DNA of 63,093 nucleotides, the filler included, from Trichosphaerium sp. ATCC 40318 (lineage: Eukaryota; Protista; Tubulinea): the NCBI GenBank assembly GCA_038496445.1. It is 3 parts of 3 records of this genome, joined end to end, with 100 filler letters (N's around TTAATTAATTAA, not from the genome) between each part and the next. Parts side by side here need not be neighbours in the genome. Positions count along the whole stretch, not along the records: positions 24,036 to 46,254 come from JALMLS010000025.1; positions 46,355 to 63,093 come from JALMLS010000615.1; 1 more part is not named here. One strand, given 5' to 3'. Positions within the stretch are counted from its first letter, which is position 1; each line of letters begins with the position of its first letter. Both the position numbers and the translations under genes were made by a program. The notes under the pieces are model-generated. The model searched no databases. It was not told the origin of the DNA and saw only the letters and a list, made by a program, of their open reading frames with translations. Of the stretch, positions 38,776-51,149 are shown in pieces.

Positions 38776-40632
38776 TGAACAAAGCAGCCCAATACGCAGC
38801 ATCACGCGTTAAAAGCGAAGCAAGGTGCGACTAGAACTCATACAGCGCTGACAGTTGAAGGTTGCTTTCATGGCAACAGAAGCGCATAGCCACCATCGCA
38901 CACACGCTAAACGTGCGCACGCTCACTGATTGGTATGCGGTGAAGCAAGTAGACATAGAAGAGGCAGGAGGGAGCATCATCTTGCGCCAGTAAGTACCAA
39001 AGCACGTGCTCAATGAATAATAATTGGATCATCTGTAGGTTCAAAAACAGTCTGGTACTTCTACTTCAAGCAGCCTATCCCGGCTATGACTGGGTAGAAA
39101 ATAGGTTTATGTAAGCGTAAGACACGTGTTGTAGCTGTAACTGACAGACGTGAAAGGGCTCCTATGGGGCACTGGCATCTACTGGAACACCAACACACCA
39201 GATTTCAAAAAATAGGAGAATCTCTGTCAGTTGCTACGTTGGATGATTGGTACGATATCACTTGGGAGGACGCACATGCGAAAGGAGGGGGCAGTGTGTT
39301 GATGAATCAGTGCGTAAAAAAACTAGAGCGTAGAGTCCCACTAACATATTCGGACAAAAGGTACAAAGGCTCAATATCTTCAGCACTCATGACTATATTT
39401 CCACACTACAATTGGCGACCGTGGCACTTCAAGTAGGTAATAAAGGCTTGCCAGTGAGCTAACTGTATGCTCAGAAATGCACCTCATGGCTTTTGGAGTT
39501 CTATTACTAATCAACGCGAAAAGTTTGACGAAATAGGTAATGACCTTGATATAAAGCTCATGTCGGATTGGGCCAAACACTCCACTAAGACGATATGTGA
39601 CCTCAGTGGAGGAATAACGCACAGGTACATAGCACATTATGTCCGCTTGTCAATGACAGGGTAGTAGGTATGGCCACTCTCTATTGAACACGTTGCGTGC
39701 TATATATCCAGAACAATCATGGGCGCCACACATGTTTAAAGTGGAGTACGTAGTTCTCGCACGTGAAACACTTACTTTGTCCAAGCCGCCAAGGTGCCTT
39801 AACGCCACAACATTTTTGGGATAACAAAGAGAATGTCTTGACATACTTGAAACGTCTAGAGATCCAGTTCAATATAACTGAGCCGACATCATGGCAAGAA
39901 CCACTCACATCAAATGTTAATGCTAATTTTTGTGTCTAGGTACCGTATATCGCAGAAACAACTATCTGATACTACTGGCCCTGGTTTTATTCGGTATTTT
40001 CTGTCTTCTTTGTCCGTTCTGTATCCTAATGTGGCGTGGAAGCTCCCTAATTTCAATTCTCTGTTTAAGAGATCAGCGCAGAGGTACCAACTGCCCAATC
40101 TTAGACTATATTAAACATACTCAAGGCTATTGTCAACGCTGGTTAATGAACTCTTTAAAGGTGCAACAGTATATGAGGAGTATACTGTTGGGATACGAGA
40201 CTCCAACGGAGCACCTGTTGTGATAGACATGTATGTGCCAGAACACAACATTGCCATAGAGTACCAAGGTATAGTGGAAGGGAACCACCAGGCATTAGGA
40301 TAACATCTGTAGGCGAGCAACATTACCATGATGTGTTACCACATGCGTCCCCCAGTGCTGCACATAAGCTCCGTGATGAGGAAAAGTTTGCACTTTGTAA
40401 ACAGTTCGGTATAACATTGATCACAGTTCCGTACTGGTACGTCTTGTTTTTTATGTTGTTTTTTTGACACTTGTTTAGGTTTGATGGCACAGCAACGACC
40501 CTCGTCAATATTATTAACCGAAGTACCAACAATCAGGCTGTAAACACACCACACTACCTCGCAGAAGCTAAAGGAAGGCAACAAGGTATGATGATGGCCT
40601 CAAACAATTGCACAATGTTGCATGTAACATAG
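38776..40632 (+). CDS. Protein with four ~70-aa Trp-rich repeats and a C-terminal PD-(D/E)xK (Vsr/DUF559/RAP-like) nuclease domain
   Basis: Spliced repeats W..LxDWY.I...GG..L..Y.GS...L...YP.Y.W..F, then VYEEY...IDMYVPEHNIAIEYQG|EQHY...RDEEK...GITLITVPYW. Both ends approximate. Confidence 0.75.
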
Positions 40633-40700
40633 ATAAAAACTATTTGATAAAATACAATTTTTTTTTACTGTTGGTTGTCCACAGCAACATACAGGATTGC

Positions 40701-42613
40701 TCAATTTATTTTGGTGGCCTTTGATCTGAGCTCTGCCAAAAATCCGCCACCTCCCTTGATTATTGTGGACTAGTGAAGTAATGATAAGCGTTCAAGTTGT
40801 CATAATGTTGTGTGTGCTTAAAAAGTGTACCTTTGGACGACTCCATTTCCTTTTAGGAGGTTTGTGCACCTTGATTGGGTTCTCACCCTTTTCTATGTTC
40901 TTAATTTTGTTGTCCAGCGACTGTACAAATGCCACTTGGATCTTTTGGTCGACCCTAAATTTGGGCATGTTGTGGCGTATCGCACGAAGCTCGTTCTCCG
41001 TCAGATTTACGAGCGAGTACCTAAAAGCAAGCGTCAACGTGGTGACACAATACAAAGGACAGAGGACATACGCTTTAAAGTTTGACTCGTGGCGCCTTAT
41101 GATGGCGTCTTTTTTCAACAAAACCAACAGCATCTCTGGCTGCCTGGACATTCTTGCCTTGAAAGCAATTGGATTAGCACGGGCATTGGAGTGCAACTTG
41201 GTGACCACATCAACAAATGCCTTTCTAACCAACTGGTCAGCTGTTGAGCCCCTATAGGGTTGAGTGAATACGCACGCATTTAATGGCTGCTGTTTGTCCA
41301 ACCAATCTTGTTTAATCTTGCGCTGTTCTTTCATAAACTCAGGTGACGTTTCCAGCTCCTTCATTACGCCTTCCAGCTGACACTGTGTTAGAGGGGAACG
41401 TTTGAAAGCAGAAAAACAAATTCGAGCGTTTGATTCATTGATTCATTCATACCTTTATATTTGCTTGACTCTTTTTCTTCTCTGACGCTCCTGGGTCATT
41501 GAGTATACCTTGCAAGTCGTTCAGGTCTTTTTTAATCTCTTTCAAACCTCTGTTGTAAATTGTAAGTTTCGTGTACTGGCGAAACAGCAATAGTAACAGT
41601 AATAATAATCACTTTCTCCTCTACAAAAAAAACCCCCAAGGCAGTTCGTACCTAACAGCTGGACCTGCTCTTGCAGCTGATGCTTGTGCTATGAGTGCCT
41701 CCAGATTGTCAAGTTTTTTTAGCTTCTCATTGAGCTCTTCCATGTCCAGCCTTTTCATCATGCGCCTAAACCGTTCCTCCATCGCTCGTTCTTTGTCCAC
41801 CATTTGTTCTTCACGCTGTTGTAGATTTACTTCCATCTCTTGTAACCGGCGTTCAAAGTTCACCAAATCATCGTTGGGCGTCGTACGTTGTGCCAGTGCC
41901 TCAACTAGCCTCTCTTCTAATTCTTGTAGCCTTCGTTCACTACTGGCAAAGTCTATGGACCTGGATGTGTCCGATTCCACCTCTCCCACACGTTTTTCGA
42001 GGCCTTTTACACGCTGTATTATTCGCGTGACTTCATTGGGTGACACAGCCGTAGCTTCCATGCCAATTAGACCAGCTTCCACGTTTTGTAAGCGACGCTC
42101 AAAGTTTACCATCTCAGCCGACGGTGTATCAGGTCCACGTGCACTGCTTGGACCACGGTAGCTTTGGACTTTGTTCATTCGTGCTATAGGTGGCACTTCT
42201 GCCGTTGCACCATTTTGATGTACCTCTAAAACAATCCAATTACTCTACCGTCGAGGTGTCATCCCACTCCAAAAAAGAACAATTGTTTTTTACAATCAAT
42301 GTATAAGCGTCGAACGTACCCGATGTATCAGGCGGGTTATAATGATCGCTTGGTTTGGAAGCCTTATTAACTGATTGCTCATCGGCGAGCGCTAGTAATT
42401 CGTCGAGTTGTGCAACTGCGCTGTCAGTTCTACGCGCGTTGAGGTTTACAAACACCAACTGTACAAAAACAAGCAAAAAAGAGAGTTTTTGGCTGTGTAC
42501 CGTGCAATAAGGCGGTGGTCTTCCACTGGCACATCTGTCTCAGCGCCTGCCATGGCCATTAGTTCATCTAATTGGCCGAAAACCGATTCATAATGCTCCA
42601 ATTCCGCTTCCAT
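40701..42613 (-). CDS. Coiled-coil protein of unknown function, multi-exon
   Basis: Start MEAELEHYESVFG, repeated VNFERRLQ coiled-coil segments, GT-AG introns; ends ...GGGGFLAELRSKATKIN*. Confidence 0.65.
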
Positions 42614-42892
42614 AGTTAGATATCTGCTATTTGTGCTGTTTTCCGCCTCTAGATTGTAAACGTTGTTCACCAAATTGCCAAAATACACTACAGCCTCAAC
42701 AAAGTATCGCGGTTTGCTGCGTTAAAATAGGAACAATTCGATTGTACAAAAATGGATTTGACTTTAAAGCGACCAAGTTATTACCCAATTTTGATACGTT
42801 TTTCTCCATTTTATTCGGTTTTTTTGAATTTCGGACCTTGTCACAAAATTTACCATGTACATGCGCCCAAACTTAGCCAAACTGACAGCAAC

Positions 42893-43507
42893 CTATTGGT
42901 CGGAAGCGTCTGGATCCTTGGACAGGTGAGATAATGCTGCTGCATTAGCCTCCCAGTTTCTGCCATCGAATGGTTGTACGTTCAACGACGCTTTGATCGT
43001 TTCATAATCGTCAAAAGTTCTAAAAGCGGTTGTTCAGTAAGTCGCCCTACTATCTTTAACGCACCTTGCATTAATGTCTACGCCGTCCGGGTTTGACCTT
43101 TTAGGCGCAGTTAGAAGCGAAAAAGCGATGATTCAAAGACTTATGGGCTCACCTTGGAATGTAGTGCGTGCAAATTCCACAAGTCTGGTATTTTGCCGTT
43201 TAGCTTTTATGAATTTAAACAGTACGCGTTGTACCTTACAAAAGTAATGTTTGGCAACTTTGGAGTTGAACTGGTACAAAGTCAAATTATCCTTTCCTGA
43301 CAGCAGCTTGAACGCTAAATTAGGCCTGATGATGTGGATAAATCCCTTTTTACTGCAGCTGTACGGTATTAGCGGTAGAGGGCAGTGAAATGATTTTGGT
43401 TACATGCTACAATTACAGTCTTGTAGTTCAGACTTGCCGTCCCACAAGAGTTCATATCTAACCGCCCCACAATGACACCCACCTTTGAACAGTTTTTCTT
43501 CAGCCAT
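42893..43507 (-). CDS. CENP-V / GFA family zinc-binding protein
   Basis: MAEEKLFKGGCHCGAVRY...DCNCS.CSKKG...YQFNSKVAKHYFC..CGI...PRSNPDGVDINARC...PFDGRNWE. Confidence 0.9.
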
Positions 43508-43722
43508 GTAATAAATCGTTTAATTGTAACCAACTTTTGCTTTGTCTTTAAAAAGTATGTTTCAGTAAAGCTGAGTTGATTGTGCTGATTTTTAAAGAAT
43601 TGTCTGTTGAATTTTATTCCGGTTGAATTTGGACAAACAGGTTTTATTTCCTTAAAATTATCTCACAACTCTTCAAACCACATAACAACACTCGTCTACG
43701 CGTAAGAGAGTGATAATAACAA

Positions 43723-45131
43723 ATGGACAAACAAATGCGTACGCAATAGGCTTTTTCTCCCAAATGACACCACGTAGGTACCATTGTACGCCGTTATTCG
43801 CAAAATAAAGTGGCAGTGACTGTTGGCAGTATTGTAGTGCTTTGTCTACTCTACGTAGTAGCGAGACCCTCCACCGGTGGCGTACTTCTGGGTACGCATT
43901 TCTTAACACTTTTCTCAACAGAAAAACGTTCATTAGAAAACTGTTATCACCAAACGTGCTGCTGTTGGTGCCTCGAGCCTGCGCGCACTCCAATTGCTAA
44001 AGCTTCCAAAGAAAGTGCCACGTTGAATTATTTACGCTCATTCTGTAGCAACACAAGACATTACCATATCCAAGGAGGCCCAAGATATCTACAAGCGCGG
44101 GTTAGCCAAACAGCATGTGTTGGTTGATGATGTCAAAAATGAAATCGAAAGAAACCAAAACAGCGAGTGGTTCAGGCAATACATGATCCCTTTTCTCTTT
44201 GAACCAATCGCAATAAGTCATTGTACAACAATAGAACGCATAGGCGCTGCAGGAGACGGCGGTACGTTTAAAATACGCAAAAAAAGAGCTCCATGGATAT
44301 GTAGGCATTATGTAATTAATGCCGTCCATGTGTTTGTCGTTGTAGTCTCGCAAACCCCTAGATTGTTTTATATTGATGTGTTTAACAAGGAAAATATGTA
44401 TGCGACGGATTCAGACTAGCTTCATCACCATCCTGCGTTGTTTACTCTTTTGGGTCGAATGAAGACACGTCGTTCGAAGAGGACATTCATTCCCTCCACG
44501 ACCATTGCGAGATTCATACGTTCGATCCTACTGTAGGTACGTACACTCGAGATGATTGTCACATCGTCCACACATTCTGTTTGAAGTGGTGAGGCTGTGT
44601 ACTGACGCATTGGCGCATTTAGACCAGAAATCAGATGCAGGTAAAATCCCATACATTAACTTTCACTTTGATTACGGTCTGGGACACCTTGATGGTACTA
44701 TTACATCCCGTTATTCGCGTAAACCAGGTGTTGTGATCCCAGTACGCAAGGTACGTGTTGTTTACAACAGAAATATTTTAAAGACTAGCATTAACCACAA
44801 AATGCATCAATAGCTCTCCACCTGGATGGACAAGTTGGGACACAATTTTATTGACATTCTCAAAATTGATATCGACCTCGCAGAGTACGAAGCGTTCGAG
44901 GAGATGCTCAAGGACGGATTACCAGTGTGGCAGATAGTGATTGAGGTCCACACGCAAACACAGGAGATGTGGCCTAAAGCGCTGGAGACCTATATTGATT
45001 TCTTTGAGAGAATGGAGCATTACGGTTGGGTCATGTTCGCAAAGGAGTCCAATTACAGGACATGTGGTGGCGCAAACGAATATGCCTTTATCAACTTGAA
45101 TAATCCAAAGTACAACTACGTCGAGGTATAA
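43723..45131 (+). CDS. METTL24-like (Methyltransf_22) membrane-anchored methyltransferase-domain protein
   Basis: N-terminal TM helix. Motifs ERIGAAGDG|GKYVC, CVVYSFGS, CEIHTFDP, LGHNFIDILKIDIDLAEY, QIVIEVH, FAKESN. Confidence 0.85.
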
Positions 45132-45314
45132 GTCAAGGATGCAGTTTGAAACTGGATTTTAATGTACATTAACTAAACGAGGATACCTAAATAATAAATA
45201 AATTTACAAAAAACCCTACAATCCAATACGCACTCAAAAATGCGATTACTCGCGGCGCTACACCTGAGAGGTACATAATTCCTCATCTACTCCTCAAGTA
45301 TTCCTCAGGTATTG

Positions 45315-46254
45315 CTATTCTTTAAGAGTCAAGGTGATGGATTGTCCCCAGTGATCCGACAGCTCCTGGCCATTTTTTTGCTTTAAAATGTCAACTTGTT
45401 CTACTGACACACGTGCTAACTCTACACCCTCCAGTTTGTCAATGGCAAAAACGTAGTCTAATCTTTCCGACTCTTGCCACACAACGAGCGAGTTGGTCTT
45501 GGAGTCGTAGGTGGGTTCTGGGCTGCTAAACGAGCCGCAGTATTCTTTGTATAAGTCTGCAATTCAGATTTTTTGTGAGTGCGATGCTTATGTAAGGAAA
45601 TAGCAAACACCGAATTTGGTGATTGACAGAACAGATCGTACCACGCATGCAAAACTGATTCATAAGGAATTTGTAGTTGGAGGAGTTGTATGGGATGTTA
45701 AAGTCACCCATGAGAAGGACTGCAAGTGATGCTGAGCTATTGCCTGGGTGCGCCAACCAGTTCAAGACGCATGTACGCGCGAATGTGTAAATCTCCTGCA
45801 CCTGCTTTTTTTGAAATCGTTTGTTCATAGCGTCCAGGTGCGTGTTGATGAGCAGTAATGTTTTTCCTGCACAGTCAGTTAGGCACCTTTGAAGACACGT
45901 GCAAAAAATAAAGGGGAAAACAAACAAATCAACTGTTGTGCATCGGTGTAGGTAAACGAGATGTGTATCTACATACCTGGCCACAGTGATGGTATTGATA
46001 GGAATACCGCATGAACGCCTTTACGCGACTTGGATTCTGAAATTGTAAAGGTGTGTTTGTTGAATCCGTCAAGTGTAAACTTCTACTCGCAATTTCAGTG
46101 CTGAGTCATTATGTAATGTGAAAAGGGATATTGAATAAATACAAGTACTAACCTTGCGCCAAGCAGACCATAACCCGCCATTCGCGTTCAAATAGAAGCG
46201 TGCCTGATCTAAGAAGGGCATCCACGTCCAAGAAGTATAACCTGGAGGTATCTG
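45315..46254 (-). CDS. Endonuclease/exonuclease/phosphatase (sphingomyelinase-like) protein, 3' part
   Basis: Motifs INTHLD, LMGDFN, RLDYVF, LSDHWG. 5' end lost at gap. Confidence 0.8.
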
Positions 46255-46354
46255 NNNNNNNNNNNNNNNNNNNNNNNNNNNNNNNNNNNNNNNNNNNNTT
46301 AATTAATTAANNNNNNNNNNNNNNNNNNNNNNNNNNNNNNNNNNNNNNNNNNNN
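46255..46354. other. Assembly gap with artificial linker
   Basis: N-run containing TTAATTAATTAA; 100 nt in total. Confidence 0.98.
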
Positions 46355-46447
46355 TACAGCTATTTTCAGTCATGTAGTTCAATTTTTCTCGTAGATTGGT
46401 CAAATGTTTCTGTTTATTGTCTAGTTTACGTTTTTTAGTTGCTGCAC

Positions 46448-46537
46448 TGTTAAAGGGTCGGTTAGGGATAAAGATAACAAGTCGTCAAATTGTAAGTCCA
46501 CGTGATTTATTCTTTAATTAGTTTGACCGCTGTTACA
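46448..46537 (-). repeat. 3' LTR (90 bp)
   Basis: tgttaaagggtcgg...gaccgctgttaca, identical to 51678-51767. Confidence 0.95.
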
Positions 46538-46740
46538 TATCTCCCAGGGACCCCAGATAAGACGCCCTCGTCTTATAAATCATCTCCTTTGATCCAGGTA
46601 CGTTTATAGTCCGTATTTTTGTAATCAAAACCGTTAATAATTTTTATCACATCGTTTAGCCTTAATAACCATCCTCGATCCTGTTTTAGCGTCGGTACGT
46701 AATTAAATTACAAATCTTCGCTTTTCTTTAAACACATTTG

Positions 46741-49700
46741 TTACCAGTCGCTTATAGCCAGTAGTTGTTCTTCTTTGAATTCATTATCGAAGTTATCCAG
46801 CATTTCTCCAACCCATTCTTTCAACTGTAGAAGACCACATCCTGCCTGGTACGAAATCTCATTTTCTAAATCCTTACTCCTGGTGCCTGATCTAATAAAT
46901 CTTGATCCTATTCCCAATAAATCTTTTAGCGCCTCCTTTGATTTGTCCAATCCTAACTTCTCCATTACCTTGTAGGTACTTTGGATCAGTTCTTTTAGTC
47001 TTGACGTTCTCGTGGTTTTATTTCCTCTTTTACTTCTTCGCAGGTTTGTATTATTTTCTTCTTCTCCATCGATTTCCATTCTTTGTGGTTTGTTACTTTC
47101 TTCCCTTATCTTATTAGCTATTGTTCTAGCATCTCGCATAGACTTGGTTCCATCCATCACAGGTCCAGGTATATATTCTCCACTTCCATCTTCACTTGAT
47201 TCTAATTCTGAAAGTCCTCTTTCTGCCGTTTCTGTATAAATATTTCTTAGGTCCACATCAATATCTTCAGTAGGCCGTAGGTATGAATCAATGAAAGGTT
47301 TCATCCTCTCCACATGAACTACAGGGTTTAATTTGCTTCCTTTAGGTATGTCCAGCCGGTAGTTAACACTTCCAATCCTTTCTAATATCTCGTAAGGTAC
47401 TTTCCATTTCTGAGTCAATTTCTTCTTTTCTCCTTCTCTGACATAAGGTATGTATAACCAAACTTTTTGTCCCAGTTCATAATCTATCTCTCTTCTTTTT
47501 TCATTATAATATTTAGCTTGTTTCCTTTTCTGTGCCATTATATTCTTCTTAGCTAATTCATGTACAGCTCTTAGTCTATGTGCAATTGTTTCAGCCCAGT
47601 CTGCCATATTATATTTATTCTCTAAAATGTTTTCTTGTCCTACCAGTTCATCTAATGGTAACCTAGGTCTTGTTCTGAATAATAGCCTGTAGGGTTCATA
47701 CTTGGTAGTGGAATGAACAGCTGTACGGTATGTGAAAAGAGAAGGGTTGATCCATACATCCCAGTTATCCTGATCTTCATTTACAAAATGTCTAATCATT
47801 TCTATTAAGGTATGATTGAATCTCTCTGTCTGTCCATCGGTTTGAGCATGGTACGCTGATGTTTGTTGCTTGTCTATGTGTAGTAGATCATAGACTTGCT
47901 TCATAATTTCTCCAGTAAAGTTAGCTCCCTGATCTGTTAACACTTTCTTAGGAATTCCGTATCTGAAACACCATTGGTCCACAAATAGTTTGGCAATGGT
48001 CAAAGCCTCCTGATCCGGCATAGCAAAAGCTTCTACCCATTTAGTGAAGTTGTCATTTATCACTAAAAGGTAAGTGTTTCCTCTAGGTGTCCTGTTGAGT
48101 GGTCCAACGATATCCATAGTGACTAGTCCAAAAGGTACTCCAACATTAAAATTTTCTCCCATTAATCCTGCTTTTCTTAATCTCGGTGTTTTAGTTCTTT
48201 GGCATGATGGGCATGACTCACACCATTCCTTCGTTTCTGTAAACATTCCTGGCCAGTAAAATCTTTGTTTTATCCTGTGGTACGTTTTTTCGAATCCTGA
48301 GTGTCCTGCTAAAGGTGCATCATGTCCTTGCCTGAATATTTCTCTTTTCACATTTATATTATTAGGGACATATACTTGGTAACTTTCTTGTCCATCCGGT
48401 TGTACTGTACGTCTATATAATACTCCATCATCATTCAGTCGAAGTTCTCTTACTCTTGTATAGAATAAAGACTTTTTAAACTTATCTGAGTTCTTTATGA
48501 CCTGATTAATCTTTCCTGACGTTAAATATTCGATGTAAGTTGCTGTGGTTATATCTGCTTTTTGTTCCTTGTTCCAGTCCACATATCCTTGGTTCGTTCC
48601 TTTAATTTTGTAGTCTTCCTTTCCTATCTTAATCAAATTGACCTGTTTTGTAGCAAATGGTGTCCTTGATAGAGCATCAGGTACCACATGAAGCTTTCCT
48701 GGTTTGTATACTAGCTCAAAATCGAATTGTTGTATGGTGAGTATGATCCTCGCAATAACTGGTCTCACAGAGTTAATCTTTGTTAGGTATGTTAGCGGTT
48801 TATGATCTGTATATACCGTGAGTTTAAATTTTGAATAGGCCAGATAATTCTTAAAATATTCCAGTGCCAGTTTGATGCCCAGTAACTCTCTTTCGGTGGT
48901 ATGATAACTCCTTTGTGTTTCTGAAAAAGCTTTTGAGAAGTATGCAATTGGTTGTTCCTTTCCTGACTCATCCTTTTGACTTAGCACAGCTCCACAAGCA
49001 TAGTTAGATGCATCGACATGAAGTTCAAATCTTTCATTAAAGTTTGGATGCTTGAGGACTGGTGGAGTGGTAAATGCTGCCTTCAATGCCTTGTAAGCTT
49101 CTATTTGCGGTTGTTCCCATGTCCATTTAACTCCTTGTCTCCTTAGTTTCTGTAGAGGTTCTGTAATCCGAGCATAGTCCTGTATAAATCTTCTATAGTG
49201 GTTGGTAACATTTAAAAATCTTTCTAACTCTTCTAATCCGTTAGGCTCTCTCATATTCCTGATTTCTTCGATTGTAGATGTCTTAAGTAGTACTCCTTGT
49301 TCTGATATCCTGTGGCCCAAGAATTGTACGCTGGTATTAAATATATTTGATTTACTTGCCTTTAGTTTTAGTCCTTTTTCTTTTACCCTGTCCAATACTA
49401 ATTTTGTGTGTATGAGGTGTTCTGTAAAGCTCCTGGAGAATATAATAACATCATCGACATAACACATACACAGCTTCCAAAGAAGACCACTCATGGTAAG
49501 GTTCATCATCTTTTGAAAGGTGGCCATAGCATTTTTGAGTCCCATCGGCATTCTTACAAATTCAAAGTGTCCATCACTTGTTGAAAAAGCAGTTTTTTCT
49601 ATGTCCCTTTCTTCATTCTCCACTTGAAAGTAACTACTTGTAAGGTCATAGGTAGAGAAGAACTTAGAGTATGCAGTAGCATCCAGCATCTCATTGATCC

Positions 49701-51069
49701 GTGGTATAGGGTGAACAGCCTTCTTAGTAATCTTATTTAGTTCCCTGAAGTCCAGACAAAATCTCCATTTTCCATCTTTCTTTTGTACTAACACCACTTG
49801 CGAGGCCCAAGGAGAGTTAGATTCTCGGATGATCCCTTGTTCCAGCAGCTTTTCTACTTCCTGTCTTATGAGCTTAGCTTTCATAGGTGTCATATAACGG
49901 TAAGCCAAAGCTATAGGTCCTTTTCCTTCTTCAGTATTAATTGCATGTTTTAGTCCTGTAATAGTTGGTCCTGGTACGAGCTTCTCACTAAACTGGTCCT
50001 TGTATTCATGATGAAGAATAGCTACCATCATCTTCTGCTTGTCTGAAAGCTTCTTATCCGCTAACCTGAATAACCTGTAGATTTCCTTTATCTCTTCATC
50101 GGTCCTTTTCTTAGTAAACATTTTGTTAATTTCTTTTAGTGCTTCTTCCTTGTTGTCTTCCAGCGAATGTATAGTGTCCTCAGGGTCTTTAAGTTCAAAG
50201 GTACCTAGGTCATAACCTTTAGGTAATGTAATCCGTCTATTAGTCCCATTAAAAATCATAACTCTAACACTTCTCTTTATAGGTTTAACCAACTCATGAA
50301 TAACATAGACTCCTTCAGCAATAAGTTGTTTATGTCCATCGACATATCCTGATATTCCATTATAAGCATGAGGTACTATAGCATTAAACTCTGTTTGAGC
50401 ATAAGGCGATAGCTTTATGTCATTTGAAGTAAAAACATGAAGGTTGTCGCTCTTGTATCTTCTGTTAATTGTATGTATAGGTATAGGAAATCCTCCTTGA
50501 ACAATAATCTGTTTCTTCGACATACTGATATCACATTTACTTTTGTTCATATAATCCATTCCCAATAGTACATCAAACTTGAAGTCCTTGATAACTAACA
50601 TCCTTTGATAGATTGTGACACCGCCAACTTTAACAGGAAGAACAATAGTGCCATATACCTTGATGATCTTGTTGTCCGCTGTGTATAAAGGTCTGGTATA
50701 TTCTCTTTTAACTTCACTAATTTTCTTAAGATTTCTGACAACGTTTAGGTCCACCAAAGAAACAGAAGCACCAGTATCAAAGACAGTCTCCAGTTTGTTG
50801 TTTCCTATCACACAAGATGCCTTGAGTATACTGTAACTTATCTCAGGTTTGTTAGGCGCCTGGTCTTCATTAATAAAGTTAAATTCTTCACCACAAAAAG
50901 TAACAAAGTTTGAGTTTTTTCGATTATTTTTGTCTACTTGGTTAATGACAAGACATTCCCATGTGTTGGTGTCCGTAGGTCCTGAGCTATTGGTTAGTAA
51001 AGAAGAGGGCCTGTTTGGGTCCTGAGATGGGTCCTGTAGGTCCTGGCATTGGGTCCTGGTCTTACTCAA
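46741..51069 (-). CDS. pol: Gypsy pol polyprotein (protease, RT, RNase H, integrase)
   Basis: FDTGAS; WRFCLDFRELN, MPMGLKNA, YVDD; DAS...ERELL...TDH; HDAPLAGH...CPSC, MDIVGP, TDQG, ERFN. The frame stays open upstream to ~51447. Confidence 0.95.
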   Translation of the reverse strand: MSKTRTQCQDLQDPSQDPNRPSSLLTNSSGPTDTNTWECLVINQVDKNNRKNSNFVTFCGEEFNFINEDQAPNKPEISYSILKASCVIGNNKLETVFDTGASVSLVDLNVVRNLKKISEVKREYTRPLYTADNKIIKVYGTIVLPVKVGGVTIYQRMLVIKDFKFDVLLGMDYMNKSKCDISMSKKQIIVQGGFPIPIHTINRRYKSDNLHVFTSNDIKLSPYAQTEFNAIVPHAYNGISGYVDGHKQLIAEGVYVIHELVKPIKRSVRVMIFNGTNRRITLPKGYDLGTFELKDPEDTIHSLEDNKEEALKEINKMFTKKRTDEEIKEIYRLFRLADKKLSDKQKMMVAILHHEYKDQFSEKLVPGPTITGLKHAINTEEGKGPIALAYRYMTPMKAKLIRQEVEKLLEQGIIRESNSPWASQVVLVQKKDGKWRFCLDFRELNKITKKAVHPIPRINEMLDATAYSKFFSTYDLTSSYFQVENEERDIEKTAFSTSDGHFEFVRMPMGLKNAMATFQKMMNLTMSGLLWKLCMCYVDDVIIFSRSFTEHLIHTKLVLDRVKEKGLKLKASKSNIFNTSVQFLGHRISEQGVLLKTSTIEEIRNMREPNGLEELERFLNVTNHYRRFIQDYARITEPLQKLRRQGVKWTWEQPQIEAYKALKAAFTTPPVLKHPNFNERFELHVDASNYACGAVLSQKDESGKEQPIAYFSKAFSETQRSYHTTERELLGIKLALEYFKNYLAYSKFKLTVYTDHKPLTYLTKINSVRPVIARIILTIQQFDFELVYKPGKLHVVPDALSRTPFATKQVNLIKIGKEDYKIKGTNQGYVDWNKEQKADITTATYIEYLTSGKINQVIKNSDKFKKSLFYTRVRELRLNDDGVLYRRTVQPDGQESYQVYVPNNINVKREIFRQGHDAPLAGHSGFEKTYHRIKQRFYWPGMFTETKEWCESCPSCQRTKTPRLRKAGLMGENFNVGVPFGLVTMDIVGPLNRTPRGNTYLLVINDNFTKWVEAFAMPDQEALTIAKLFVDQWCFRYGIPKKVLTDQGANFTGEIMKQVYDLLHIDKQQTSAYHAQTDGQTERFNHTLIEMIRHFVNEDQDNWDVWINPSLFTYRTAVHSTTKYEPYRLLFRTRPRLPLDELVGQENILENKYNMADWAETIAHRLRAVHELAKKNIMAQKRKQAKYYNEKRREIDYELGQKVWLYIPYVREGEKKKLTQKWKVPYEILERIGSVNYRLDIPKGSKLNPVVHVERMKPFIDSYLRPTEDIDVDLRNIYTETAERGLSELESSEDGSGEYIPGPVMDGTKSMRDARTIANKIREESNKPQRMEIDGEEENNTNLRRSKRGNKTTRTSRLKELIQSTYKVMEKLGLDKSKEALKDLLGIGSRFIRSGTRSKDLENEISYQAGCGLLQLKEWVGEMLDNFDNEFKEEQLLAISDW

Positions 51070-51149
51070 AGGAACAGAGTAATTAAAAACAATTTTATTT
51101 AAGTCAATATCATTTTCATTGACTTGGTCCTGTTTTTGGTCCAGTACAT

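Noticed and set aside
50190-50430. dUTPase-like segment between Gypsy protease and RT
   Set aside because: It has a beta-rich pattern but lacks the dUTPase catalytic motifs; similar spacers occur in other Gypsy pol proteins.
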